Positions 39,563 to 51,679 of a stretch of 64,000 nucleotides of DNA are shown piece after piece. The translations under genes and the position numbers were made by a program. Where the stretch lies: the NCBI GenBank assembly GCA_030390025.1, contig CM059433.1:19718001-19782000 (forward strand). Reading direction: 5' to 3'. The notes under the pieces are model-generated. The model did not search any database, was not told the DNA's origin, and saw only the letters and a program-made list of their open reading frames with translations. The stretch comes from Squalus acanthias. Its lineage: Eukaryota. The stretch's first letter is position 1, and each line of letters begins with the position of its first letter.

Positions 39563-41480
39563 ATTAGAACATAGAATCATAGAAAGTTTGGGCACGGAAG
39601 GTGGCCATTTCGGCCCATCGTGTCCGCACCGGCCAACAATGAGCTATCCAGCCTAATCCCACTTCCCAGCTCTTGGTCCGTAGCCCTGCAGGTTACAACA
39701 TCCCAAGTGCACATCCAAGTACTTTTTAAATGTGGTTAGGGTTCCTGCCTCTACCACCCTTTCAGGCAGTGAGTTCCAGACCCCCACAACCCTCTGGGTG
39801 AAGAAATTTCCCCTCAAATCCTCTCTAAACCTTCCACCAATTACTTTAAATCTGTGCCCCCTGGTTTTTGACCCCTCTGCTAAGGGAAATAGGTCCTTTT
39901 TATCCATTTTATCTCGGCCCCTCATAATTTTATACACCTCAATAAGGTCTCCCCTCAGCCTCCTCTGTTCCAAGGAAAACAAACCCAGCCTATCCAGTCT
40001 TTCCTCATAGCTAAGATTCTCTACTCCCGGCAACATCCTTGTAAATCTCCTTTGTACCCTCTCTAGTGCAATCACATCTTTCCTGTAATGTGGTGACCAG
40101 AACTGCATGCAGTACTCTAGCTGAGGCCTAACTAGTGTTTTATACAATTGAAGCATAACCCCCCTGCTCTTATATTCTATGCCACGGCTAATAAAGACAA
40201 GTATTCCGTATGCCTTCTTAACCACCTTATCTACCTGGCCTGCTACCTTCAGGGATCTGTGGACATGCACTCCAAGGTCCCTTTGTTCCTCTATGCTACT
40301 CAGTGTCCTACCATTTAATGTGTATTCCCTTTCCTTGTTAGCCCTCCCCAAATGCATTACCTCACACTTCTCCAGTTTGAATTCCATTTGCCACTGTTCT
40401 GCCCACCTGACCAATTTATTGATATCTTCCTGCAGTCTACAGCTTCCTTCTTCAGTATCAACCACACAGCCGATTTTAGTATCATCTGCAAACTTCTTAA
40501 TCATACCCCCTATATTCAAGTCTAGATCATTGATATATACCACAAAAAGCAAGGGACCTAGTACTGAGCTCTGCGGAACCCCACTGGAAACAGCCTTCCA
40601 GTCACAAAAACACCCATCAACCATTACCCTCTGCTTCCTGCCTCCGAGCCAGTTTTGAATCCAACTTGACACTTTGCCCTGGATCCCATGGGCTTTTAAC
40701 TTCATGACCAGTCTGCCATGTGGTACCTTATCAAAAGCCTTGCTAAAGTCCATATACACTACATCAAACGCAGTACCCTCATCTACCCTCCTTGTTACCT
40801 CCTCAAAAAATTCAATCAAGTTTGTCAGACACGACCTTCCCTTAACAAATCCGTGCTGACTATCCTTGATTAATCCATGTCTTTCTAAATGAAGATTTAT
40901 CCTGTCCTTCAGAATTTTTTCCAATAATTTTCCCACCACCGAGGTTAGGCTGACTGGCCTGTAATTACTCTGTCTATCCTTTTCTCCCTTTTTAAACAAG
41001 GGTACCACATTAGCAGTCCTCCAGTCCTCCAGCACCACACCTGAAGCCAGAGAGGATTGGAAAATGATTGTCAGGGCCTCTGCTATTTACTCTTTTGCTT
41101 GCTTAACAGCCTGGGATACATTTCATCTGGCCCTGGGGATTTATCCACTTTTAAAGCTGCTAATCCCCTTATTACTTCCTTTCTCACTATGTTTATTTCA
41201 TCTAATATTTCACACTCCTCCCCCCTGATAGCAATGTCTGCTTCGCTCCTCTCCTTTGTGAAAACAGACGCAAAGTATTCATTAAGAACCCTACCGACGT
41301 CTCCCGCCTCTACACACAGATTACCCTCATGATCTCTAATAGGCCCTACCCTTTCTTTAGTTATCCTCTTACTTTTAATATATTTATAAAACATCTTTGG
41401 GTTTTCCTTGATTTTACTTGCCAAGAATTTTTCATGCTCTCTCTTTGCTTTCCTAATATCCTTTTTAATTGCACCCCTGC
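39563..41480 (-). mobile_element. 5'-truncated CR1 LINE
   Basis: Linker region (KSPGPDEMYPR) plus RT; frameshift near 41085; catagaa tail. Confidence 0.93.
39653..41038 (-). CDS. CR1 ORF2 RT region, open for 461 aa
   Basis: NYRPVSLTS, DFSKAFDKV, GVPQSSVLGP, KFADDTK. Confidence 0.88.
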   Translation of the reverse strand: MVLEDWRTANVVPLFKKGEKDRQSNYRPVSLTSVVGKLLEKILKDRINLHLERHGLIKDSQHGFVKGRSCLTNLIEFFEEVTRRVDEGTAFDVVYMDFSKAFDKVPHGRLVMKLKAHGIQGKVSSWIQNWLGGRKQRVMVDGCFCDWKAVSSGVPQSSVLGPLLFVVYINDLDLNIGGMIKKFADDTKIGCVVDTEEGSCRLQEDINKLVRWAEQWQMEFKLEKCEVMHLGRANKEREYTLNGRTLSSIEEQRDLGVHVHRSLKVAGQVDKVVKKAYGILVFISRGIEYKSRGVMLQLYKTLVRPQLEYCMQFWSPHYRKDVIALERVQRRFTRMLPGVENLSYEERLDRLGLFSLEQRRLRGDLIEVYKIMRGRDKMDKKDLFPLAEGSKTRGHRFKVIGGRFREDLRGNFFTQRVVGVWNSLPERVVEAGTLTTFKKYLDVHLGCCNLQGYGPRAGKWD

Positions 41481-41660
41481 ACCCTTGCACATGGTAGGAA
41501 GGAGACCAAAAGAGAAGAGGAAATAGCTCAAGCTGTTGGGGTGGGAAGAGAAACGCTGAGAACTGACACCGTTGAGCGAAGAAACTTATATTTAGCCACC
41601 CAGACTTTGAAAAAGTGTGAAGATGGTGGCAGTGATCAGAAGGCCAGCTTTATAGATATT

Positions 41661-42404
41661 GGCCCAAAAATTCGTGAGGAAGCCTTCGTGCGAGGGTAAG
41701 GCCTCCCCACGATCTCTCACTCCGCGTTGGCTTTTTCAGTTCCAGCTCGCACGAACTTGATGTTCTGGACAGCTGCTGTGCTGGGCTTGCGTATCCCACC
41801 GGCGTAGTTAATTCGTGCGAGCTGTGGGATCACGTGACTCAGTTAGAGCCAATGGCAGCACACCATCTTCCATTCATAACTTTCACATAAGTGCTGTGAA
41901 AGTTATGAATACTATAGCCCCCCAAAAGAACCGCTAAACCTCAATTAAATTTAAAAAAAAAACCATCACATTAATAAAATAAGTATAGTTAAATAAATTA
42001 ACCATTTTAAATAAAACATTAAATTTTTGAAAAAATTTAAAATCTTTTAAAAAGTTATAAAAATAAACTTACCTGTCTTTAAAGTCTCTAAAAAAGATAT
42101 ACCTGTTAAAAAAAATTCAAAATAATACTTAATTCACTACTTACCTTGTTAAAAGTGGGTCTTACTCCTCCTTTTTTTATGTGTAGAATCTTCCGTACTT
42201 ACCTGCGCGTTGAAACCACTAAGTGCACAGCGTGCGCGCAGCCTGTAGCGCGCACGCGGTTCACCTAGGACCCGCCCCCTTTTCCATTCACCAAGTGCCG
42301 GTTTTCAGCGCATGCGCAGTGCATGCAGAAAACCGGCAATTGGAGACAGAATACGCGAGAGTACGCAGTGCGTACTCTCGCGTAGCGGCACTAATTTTTG
42401 GGCC
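41661..42404. mobile_element. Harbinger-type MITE with AT-rich centre
   Basis: TIRs ggcccaaaaattcgtg / cactaatttttgggcc (15/16); flanks ATT / AAT. Confidence 0.85.
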
Positions 42405-43559
42405 AATGTTTCTTTAAACGTAGATGTGTGTTAGATGTAAATTTTGCCAGGTGGTTCACTCTGCAGTCCACCTGCAGTGTGATCAGCACTGGGACCTCAG
42501 TCTACATTGTATTGGTGAACCCTTCAGTTTAGAGAGGGACTCACTTTTCAAGATGCAAGAATGAGACAAGTAAACTAGGAGATGGAATATTCTGAGGAAG
42601 AATTTGTATGCAGTGGTAGAGAGGCAGGGAGAAGCAGCAGACAAGGAGAGAAGAATGGAGAGAGGCAAAGAAATCTCTATTAACTGGATGCATGTAGCTT
42701 TCAAGTGTAATCTATGAAGTGGTTCCTGCGACCTGTATACCATTGTTGAAAAAGCCAAATATGATGGAACATCCTATATTTGCTCTGTTCTTTAGTTTGG
42801 AGGATGTAATTGTTTCATTACTAATTGAACAAATCTGTCACCCAGACAGAGCTGTACTCCAATGTTTATAAAGTTAGGGAGGGAATCCTATAGGAGTCGT
42901 TATGGTACAAACATCCTTCTGGAAGTAGCAAGACATCCAAAATATGTGTACTGATAAAGTCGCAACATTTGTGTGCTAACAAAGAACCAGCCAGCAAGCC
43001 ACGCTGAATGTAATTTCATCACGAGTGGAATTGACTTTTGTCAAGTGGCATTTTTGTTTTGTATTCATAAAGGTTCACGGCCCTGCAGAGAATGTGTAGC
43101 AATTCCTCATTTGAAATAGTCTGAAACTGGCATTAATTCAGTCTTGCTTATGTACCCGTCAAATTTGGTGCTTCCAGTTCATTTGATTTGAAATCACTTT
43201 GCTCATGCAGACTGACCTAAATGAAATTGATTCTTCCAGTAATCATGAGAGAGTAGTGATTATGCAATGGGCAAACAAACTTCAGCACAACTGATTTCAT
43301 TTAGGCTGAAGGAAAATTCTGAAATCAATCTTTTAAACTTCCTTAAAATTGGTATGAAGCAGTTTGCTATTAGAGGTGTGCACAATAGATTTCATTTAAT
43401 AGTCCAGACATGAATAGGACTGTCTACAGGACTATTAGAAAGAACAATCCAAAGTTTATGGTGGGACATTCCATCACCACTTTGTTCTGATAGTCTTCCA
43501 ACGGAAATGTTGACCTATTTAACTTTTTTAGATGCTGACTAACCTGGGCATTTACAGAA

Positions 43560-44100
43560 TTCTCTAATTTTATTTTAAATAAACATAAATGATCTGTACT
43601 TAGGAACCGTGGGAACAGTATTGAGATTTGGTGATGACACCAAAGTGGGGGTATGGCAATTTGTGACCAGGACCATGAAAGATTGCAGGATGCCATGGAC
43701 AGGCTAGTAGAATGGGCAGATCGGTGGCACGTGGAAAATTGTGAGGTAAGACAGTCTGGAAGTGAAAATAGGGAAAGGAAAATACGCCTTAAGTGGTAAC
43801 ATTTTAAATGGAATAGAGGAGCAGAGAGATATTGGCGTGCAGATACACAGTAATTAAAGGTGGCAGTGAAAGTAGGAAAGTCCATGGAAACAAAGGTGAA
43901 AGGAATCCTTGGTTTTGTATCTGGAGGAATAAAATATAAAAGCAAGGAGGCAATCTTGGACTTGTACAAGACCTTAAATCGGCTGCAGTCTGAGTATTGT
44001 GTACTTCGTTATAGGAAGGATATAAAAGCAAGAGAATAGGTGCAGCATAAATTCACTAGGATGCTACCGTGGATGAGGAGTTAGAGGGGATACTTGACAT
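43560..44100 (+). mobile_element. Decayed CR1 RT fragment
   Basis: tttggtgatgacaccaaa (FADDTK-like) and gagtattgtgta motifs. Confidence 0.65.
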
Positions 44101-44102
44101 TG

Positions 44103-45085
44103 CATAGAATTACATAGAATCTACAGCACAGAAACAGGCCATTCGGCGATAACTGGTCTATGCCGGTGTTTATACTCCACACGAGCCTCCTCCCACTCTA
44201 ATTACCTCTTCCCACCTTGCCCCCAGAAACCTCGACTCCCTTCTCCTTCATATGTGCATCAAGCCTCCCCTTAAATGCATCACTGCTATCTGCCTCAACC
44301 ACTCTGTGCAGCAGCGAGTTCCACATTCTCACCACTCTCTGTGTAAAGAAATTCTCCTAAATTCTTTATTTGATCTGTTAATGGATATCTTATATTTATG
44401 CCCCCTTGTTCTGGATTCCCCAACAAGTGGAAGCAATTTCTTCACATCTATCCTATCAAAGTCCTTCATAATTTTAAAGGCCTCGATCAGGTCTCTTCTT
44501 CGTCTTTTTCCCCAAGAACAGCCCCCGCCTGCTTAAATTTTCCTGTCAGTTGCATCCTCTCAATTCTGGTATCGTCCTTGTAAATCTTTTCTGCACTTTC
44601 TCCAGTGCTTCAAAATCTTTTTTGTAGTGTGGAGACCAGAACTGCACAAAGTATTCTCAGTGTGGTTTAACCCAGGTGCTATATAAATTTAATATTACCT
44701 CCCTGCTTTTGTGTTCTATTCCTCAGCTATAAGCCATAGTACCACGTTTGCACTCTTTGTGACCTTATCAACTTGTGTTGCTACTTTTAGCGATTTATCT
44801 ACTTGTATTCCCAAATCTCTTTGCTCCTCTATCCCATTTAGTTTCTTACCTTCCAAGGAATAAGTGGCCTCCTTATTCCTCCTACCAAGATGAACCACCT
44901 CACATTTAACTATATCTAATTTCCCATTGAGCCGCCCACACTTATGTCTTCCTGTAATTTGATGCAGTCCTCCACATTATTAGCTATATCCCCAATTTAG
45001 TATCATTACCAAATTTCAACTCCATACCTCCAATTTCTGAGTCCAAATCATTTATGTTTATGCTGAACAACAGCGGTCCGAGCAT
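44103..45085 (-). mobile_element. Decayed CR1 3' portion (subfamily B-like)
   Basis: catagaattacatagaat tail; EQRDLGIQV translation. Confidence 0.8.
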
Positions 45086-45661
45086 GGATATTTCATATTT
45101 ATTTTATATATATATATATGTATATATTGGAATAGTTCCAAATTTTAATCCTGTCTTGTCAGTCAGTAACAACGACAGCAGTTAAAGGGTGAAGACATAT
45201 CTTTTTAACAACATTCCATAATTTGAATGGCTAAAATTCAATAAACTAGTTGCCTGTAATAAACAGAGTCTGGTGCTCATGCGATCTCATAATCTGCTCA
45301 CTAAGGCAATTCTCATTTATCTGGCTGGATATAGCAGCTTGTGTGCAATTCCCAAGAGTATAACACCTCTAAAACATGATGCAAGTGATACCACCCACTG
45401 CATAGAAAATCAAACAACTTATTTACAATACACTGTTGGTATCTTTCGTGGCTTGTATGATAATATCTGGTTATTATTTCTGAGCAGATTTAGATTAAAT
45501 TTATTTTTAGTTTTCTTTTGCTTTAAATGTTTACACAAATATTGTATAATGTAGTAAAACATGCTGTTTTTGGAAATAAATTCTTTACTTTTAGTTTTGT
45601 TTTATAATCTAGTTAAGTCGTATTTTAGAATAATGTGGTGCAGATTTGATCCTTGGTGGTG

Positions 45662-45792
45662 GGGGTGAAATTGTTCTTCGCCAGTATTGCGCTCGTAGCA
45701 AATCGGTCGCTCATTTTATACTACACTTACATCAAGCGTGGTGTGTAATGGGATACCGACGCGCTATGAGAGCGAAGACCAATTTCACTCCC
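45662..45792. mobile_element. Short palindromic MITE
   Basis: ggggtgaaattgttcttcgc / gcgaagaccaatttcactcc. Confidence 0.7.
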
Positions 45793-45864
45793 TAGTTTGG
45801 AAGCTGTACTAATTAACTTGCAGTTATACTACAGATACCAGTCTTAGGCTTAGAGGTTTCCTGG

Positions 45865-46752
45865 TTTTTTAAATTAATTCTTGGGACAAGGCCAGCATTT
45901 ATTGCTAGGGACTAGGTGCCCTTGAGAAGGTGGTGGTGATCCTTCTTCTTGAACCGCTCCAGTCCAGTTACTCCCACATTGCTGTTAGGTAGGGAGTTAG
46001 AAGATTTTGACCTCGCGACGATGAAGGAATGGCGATATATGTCTAAGTCAGGTGTGTCAGCCGTGGCTCAGTGGGTAGCACACGTGCCTCTGAGTCAGAA
46101 GTTTGTGGGTTCAAGTCCCACTTCAGAGACTAGAGCACATAAATCTAGGCTGACACTCCAGTGGCGTGCTGCATTGTCGGAGATGCCGTCTTTCGGATGA
46201 GACGTTAAACCGAGGCCCTGTCTGCACTCTCAGGTGGACGTAAAAGATCCCATGGCACTATTTCGAAGAAGAGCAGGGGAGTGTACCTGGTGTCCTGGCC
46301 AATATTTATCCCTCAATCAACATAACAAAAACAGATTATCTGCTCATTATCACATTGCTGTTTGTGGGAGCTTGCTGTGCAAATTGGCTGCCGTGTTTCC
46401 CACATTACAACAGTGACCACACTCCAAAAGTACTTCATTGGCTGTAAAGCGCTTTCAGATGTCCGGTGGTTGTGAAAGGCACTATATAAATGCAAGTGTC
46501 TAAGTCGGAATGGTGTGTAATTTGTAGGCGATAGCAAACCCATGCACCTGCTGGCTTTGTCCTTCTAGGTGGTGGAGGTCATGGGTTTTGGGAGGTGCTT
46601 CGAAGAAGCCTTGGCAAGTTGCTGCAGTGTATCCTGTAGATAGTACCGGTGGTGGAGAGAGTGGACGTTTAAGGTGGTGGATGGGTTGCTGATCTAGTGG
46701 ACTGCTTTGTCCTGGATGATGTTGAGTTTCTTGACTGTTGTTGCAGCTGCAC
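45865..46752 (-). mobile_element. 3' part of a LINE sharing its tail with the MER131-like SINE, interrupted by a DeuSINE
   Basis: aaggccagcatttattgc...cccttgagaaggtggtggtga tail; continues after the SINE. Confidence 0.65.
46050..46496 (+). mobile_element. DeuSINE, full length
   Basis: Head, core and tail present; 10-bp TSD tgtctaagtc at 46040-46049 and 46497-46506. Confidence 0.9.
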
Positions 46753-47320
46753 TAGAATCATGGAATCATAGAATGGTTACAGCACAGAAGGAGGCCTGTC
46801 GAGCCCATGCTGGCTCTCTGCAAGAGCACTTCAGCTAGTCCCACTACTCTGTTGCCCTGCAAATTTTTTTCCTTCAGGTACTTTCAATTCTCTTTTGAAA
46901 GCCATGATTGAATCTGCCTCCACCACCCTTTCAGGCAGTGCATTCCAGATCCCAACCACTCGCTGCGTAAAAAAGGTTTTCCTCATGTCGCCTTTGGTTC
47001 TGCCAATCACCTTAAAACTGTGTTCTCTGGTTCTCGACCCTTCCGTCAATGGGAACAGTTTCTCTCTATCTACCCTGTCTAGACCCCTCATGATTTTGAA
47101 CACCTCTGTCAAATCTCCTCTCAACCTTCTCTGCTCGAAGGACAACAACCCCAGCTTCTCCAGTCTATCCACATAACTGAAGTCCCGCATCCCTGGAACC
47201 ATTCTTGTAAATCTTTTCTGAACCCTCTCTAAGGCCTTCACATCCTTCCTGAAGTGCGGTGCCCAGAATTGGACACAATACACCAGTTGAGGCCGAACCA
47301 GTGTTTTATAAAGGTTCAAC
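46753..47320 (-). mobile_element. CR1 3' fragment (subfamily C)
   Basis: ORF LYKTLVRPQL...FFTQRVV; tagaatca tail. Confidence 0.88.
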
Positions 47321-47743
47321 TGGGCAAGTGGAGAGTATTCCATCACACCTGGATCAGCTGTATATTTTATAATGCACCTGTGATGTTTTTAAGTCGTTTC
47401 TGTCCCTCTTACACTGGACACTTCAGCTTCTGTTTTTGAGGTTATTCGCACAGATTAATCTTACCTTCCTACAATCTCTAGAGTATCTTCACTAGCCACC
47501 ATATCTCGGTAAAATTTTGGTAATTAGGCCAGGATCGCAAACCCATCTTTTTTCTGTAAATGGCGCCTCCACAGAACATTTATTACACCTTCAAAAAGTG
47601 GTAATCACAACATTAGACTTTGCTTCAGTTTTTTAAATAATAGTGAATTTATTGAACAGATTAAACAAGATAATATATAAGTCATATAATATACATGCAT
47701 TCCCAGTAGATATAGTATTAACCAAATCTTCAAACGATTTTCT

Positions 47744-48135
47744 AACAACTTGCATTTATGTAGTACTTTTAACAGAGAGAAAGTCCTATACAGAGCCATA
47801 AGCAAAAATGGACAATGAGCCAAAGAAGGAAAGATTAGGAGTGGTGACCAAAAGTTTGGTCAAAGAGGTGGGTTTTAAGGAAGGTCTTAGGAAAGGGTGG
47901 CAGAGAATCAGAAGATTTATGAGGGGAATTCTGGAGCGTGGGGTATAGGCAGCTGAAGTACGGCTGCCAATGGTGGGAGGACGGGTGATGGAACGCACTA
48001 GAGGCCAGAGTTAGAGCAATGGAGAGTTTGGGTAAGGTTGTAATGTTGCAGGAAGTTACAGAAATAGGGAGGGATTTAGACACAAATATAAGAGCTTTGA
48101 ATGTGAGATGATGGGGGACTGGTGGCCAACGTGGT
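47744..48135 (-). mobile_element. Decayed L2 3' fragment
   Basis: aacaacttgcatttat tail; LKTHLFDQ translation. Confidence 0.75.
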
Positions 48136-48839
48136 CAACATCGACAGAGATGAAGAAAGATAAAACATTTTGTCTGCCTCCTTACACGGGGTCAAAGGGG
48201 AGATAGGTGGGACATTAATAGGGATGGGCCTAGGCACCCTCCTCCGATGGATGGCAGGTGGCAGATTATCTGGCCACATGGGACAAGCAGAGTAGTGCCC
48301 ATAGTGGCATGGGTCCCTTCTGGTTCCATACTAGTGAGATACTGTTCCTCTGACCCCCGCCAACTCTTGAAGGCACTGGGTGGGTGAGATTCTGGTGTAA
48401 TCACTGGGGTCACAGCTTGTGCATTGTCGGAGACCTCATGTATTGTGACTGAATTAAAGAAACTGTCAGTAAGCTAAAACTAGATGAAAATGCTTTATTT
48501 TTGTGACAGTACCTTTGCACTGCAGCGCAGTTGCATTACAAGTCAAGAGAGACAAATCATTAAATGTGATCTCCTAAAACTTCCTTTGGTGCGTTTGACA
48601 ATCAGCTTGCCAACTAACACGCAAGCTATACTGCCATTGCACACTTGAAATTATTTTGCATTGAAATGAAAGCAGTAGCATAATGGCAGCCTAAATAAAA
48701 TGCATTTAATTCATACTGACAGTTGTTGCTTGATTCTAGAAAGTAAGTTACTGTAATGATTTTCTGTGCCACATGCAAAGCAATAGCTTCTGAACAATAT
48801 TTCAATTTATGAGCAGTTAGATATTATTCTATGAACAAT

Positions 48840-49246
48840 GATATAATAGTCAGAGGTTGTGGATTCAAGCTGCACTCCAAGACTTGAGCACATAATCTGA
48901 ACTGACACTTTGCACTGTCACGCAGTGTTTTAAATGCCGTGTTTTGGATGAGATATTTAACCGAGGCTCTGTTGTGTCTGTTTAGTTGGACATAAAATAT
49001 TCCAAGGCACGATTCGAAGAAGAGCATGGAGGTGTTTTAGCCAACATTCCTCTATCAACCATCACCACCAAAAACAGATTAACTGGCCATTCATCCCATT
49101 GCTATTCTGGGGATCTGACTCTGTGCAAACTGGCTGCCGCATCTGCCTACCTAACAACGGTCACTACACTTCAAACATAATTCATTGGATGAGAAGCACG
49201 TTGTGACATCCTGAGAATGTGATAAGATGTGATATTAATGCAAATT
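48840..49246 (+). mobile_element. Decayed DeuSINE
   Basis: gtcagaggttgtggattcaag...ggatgaga...aaccgaggc...ttcattgg blocks. Confidence 0.7.
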
Positions 49247-49250
49247 CATT

Positions 49251-49433
49251 GGGCAGACTTTTGCCTTCATCACCTGGGTGGTAATCTGGCAGGGCAGATG
49301 ACCCACCCTTTATAGAACCTGTCTGATTCTCATTCCATTGATTCAATGTAAATGTAAATCAAGCGTGTTCTATAACGGGCAGATGATCCACCCTGCCAGA
49401 TTACCACCCAGGTGAATGACAAAAATCTACTCC
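49251..49433. mobile_element. Short palindromic Harbinger-type MITE (same family as 15067-15240)
   Basis: Arms cacctgggtggtaatctggcaggg / ccctgccagattaccacccaggtg; centre cattgattcaatg; TSD ATT. Confidence 0.85.
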
Positions 49434-51164
49434 ATTGTTTCTGCCTTTTTCATTCTTTGTCGTGTTTTGATACCTTGACGCTCGCTGTTTGTGTCCGGAC
49501 ACTAGATGGGATGAAAATCTTGGAACTCAAAGTCAATGGCTTTATGGGTCCATGAATGAAGTGAATACGGATAGACCAAACCACGGTTCTAATGCCACGA
49601 GTCTACAGCACAAAACTGCCATTTTCGGTAAGAATTGGCACTAAATTACCAGATTAACTTGGAGATCACAAGAGTAGTATTGATGTAAGAAATTGTACTG
49701 TCACACAGGTGCCCTTAGAGTGTCTGTCTAATGTTAGTTTTGAAGTACATTTGCTGATGCAGAGCAGCAGGAGCTTTATTTTGCATCTGGGCCTTGCCTG
49801 ACTTGGATGCTGATCAAGAAACTCCGTTGCTAGTCGACCTTAATACCAACTTTGAGTTGTGTGCAAGTGGTGAGAATGGCATGCAAGACCGGGAAGGGTA
49901 TTAAACACCACTTAGTTGAATGATAGCTGGCCAGAGTCTGACATATTAGAATGCTCACCCAAGCAAGGACTTTTGCAAGACATTATCAGACACAGGCTCA
50001 AGAAGATATCAAAAATGCAAAAATATTTTATCAAGAAGAAACAACTTTTCCCAGTCTTTCTGGGAGCGCCCATTACATTGAAAGAGCATCTGCTACCAAA
50101 TATACTTCTTCCAATCAATTATAACGCTATTCCATGCAGGTCTGAATTACAGAGATAAATCTAATGGGGGAGAGGTAGAAGAGGACTGTACATGCATTGG
50201 TTTTATATCTAAAGAGTTTTCTATATTGGTGAGAAAACCATCGTGATGGGGTTTCCCCAATCTGTGGACACTTTCATAACTTAAGGACCCAAAAAGAAGG
50301 AAATCCTACTTGCAAAAACGTGCTAAGTGTTACTTTTGCCACCATTTGTTTGTGGAATTTCAATTAAATTTAAAACCCATTCTGTTTGCAGTTTGTCTTT
50401 AATTTTTTGGGGGAGTGAAATGAAGACTAATATTTGTGTGTTTATGAAATTTCTAATGGAGGTGGGAAATGACCATGAATCGCAGCAATGCAGTACCTAC
50501 AGTCAAACACTAGAGGCTGCTACTTAGCTCACTTGCGACTTCTGGTGGCAGAAGGTGGAACATTTACAGTTTTTTGTCGTCTTTGCAAAGGAGAAATCAT
50601 ATCCCTTGGTCTTGGGAAATTATGATTTGGGGCTGGCATTCCTCTGACTGGAAAAAAAAAATATAGAGTGCATATTTTGATGATTTTAATGAAACACAAA
50701 TTAAATTGCGGCAATTGTCCTTGGTGCCAACGAAAAGAAGTGCAATTTGGCTATCAACCCCGTAAAAATAGCGGCTAATCACAACACACCTGCACAAATA
50801 ATCTTTTCATGTTAAATGAGCCACTTGATCCCTGTATAATTGGGAGCAGTCGGCAAGACTAGTTGCAGAGTAGGAACCTGCGTTGGAAGTGTCTACGCAA
50901 AGCAGTTTTAGCAATAAGGATCTGCAATTGCTAATTAATGAAGCCGAGCACATTTTCAGTGAGAGTTGTTTATCCCCCTGGCGTGCAAAGTAGGCATTCA
51001 GGATGGCAGCGGGTCAGGCAGCGACGGCACGTTGCAACTTGGAGGGCCCGGCAGGAGATCCAGAAGAAGGTGCTTGACATAAAGTGAAGGGCAAATATGA
51101 GGCATTAATATTACTGTGAAGTAGCAGCACAGCACATATATGGACATGAGAGAAAGTTGCAGTT

Positions 51165-51619
51165 AAAGAAAGAAGATTTGCATTTACAGCGTCTTTCACG
51201 ACCTCGGTAAATCCCAAAGCGCTTTACAGCCAATGAAGTACTTTTTGAAGTGTAGTCACTGTTGTAATGTAAGAAATGCAGCAGCCAATTTGCACACAGC
51301 AAGCTCCCACCAACAGCAAAGAGATGAATGACCAGAAAATCTGTTTTTTTTAGTGGTGTTGCTTGAGGGATAAATGTTGGTCAGGACATCAGATATATCT
51401 CCCCTGCGCTACTTTGAAATTGGGATGTTTTATGTTCACCTGAGAGAGCTGACAGGGCCTTGGTTTAACGTTTCATCTGAAAGATGGCACCTCCGACAGT
51501 GCAGCACTCTCTGAGTACTGCACTGGAGTGTCAGCCTAGATTTTTGTGCTCAAGTCTCTGACTTGAACCCATGACCTTCTTGATTCAGAGAGTGCTACCA
51601 ACTGAGCCATGGCTAACAC
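51165..51619 (-). mobile_element. DeuSINE, full length
   Basis: Reverse complement of the 7403/24488 family. Confidence 0.87.
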
Positions 51620-51679
51620 AGTTGCAGAAAAGATTTTTGTACAAAGCACTGTGCGGACATTGAGAAACGTAAGCACGCA

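Noticed and set aside
39262..39564. 100-aa ORF (also 27465-27653 and 35549-35881)
   Set aside because: No recognisable domain or convincing splice/start context; lengths compatible with chance.
3589..40859. Numerous ORFs antisense to CR1 copies (e.g. 3589-3855, 26591-26995, 40179-40658)
   Set aside because: Shadow frames of the RT coding strand, repeated in every copy; not genes.
43424..43969. 181-aa minus-strand ORF
   Set aside because: Mostly antisense to a decayed CR1 fragment.
47465..47553. Minus-strand exon-like segment with an AG|gtaaga donor
   Set aside because: Stops in all three frames and a weak polypyrimidine tract.
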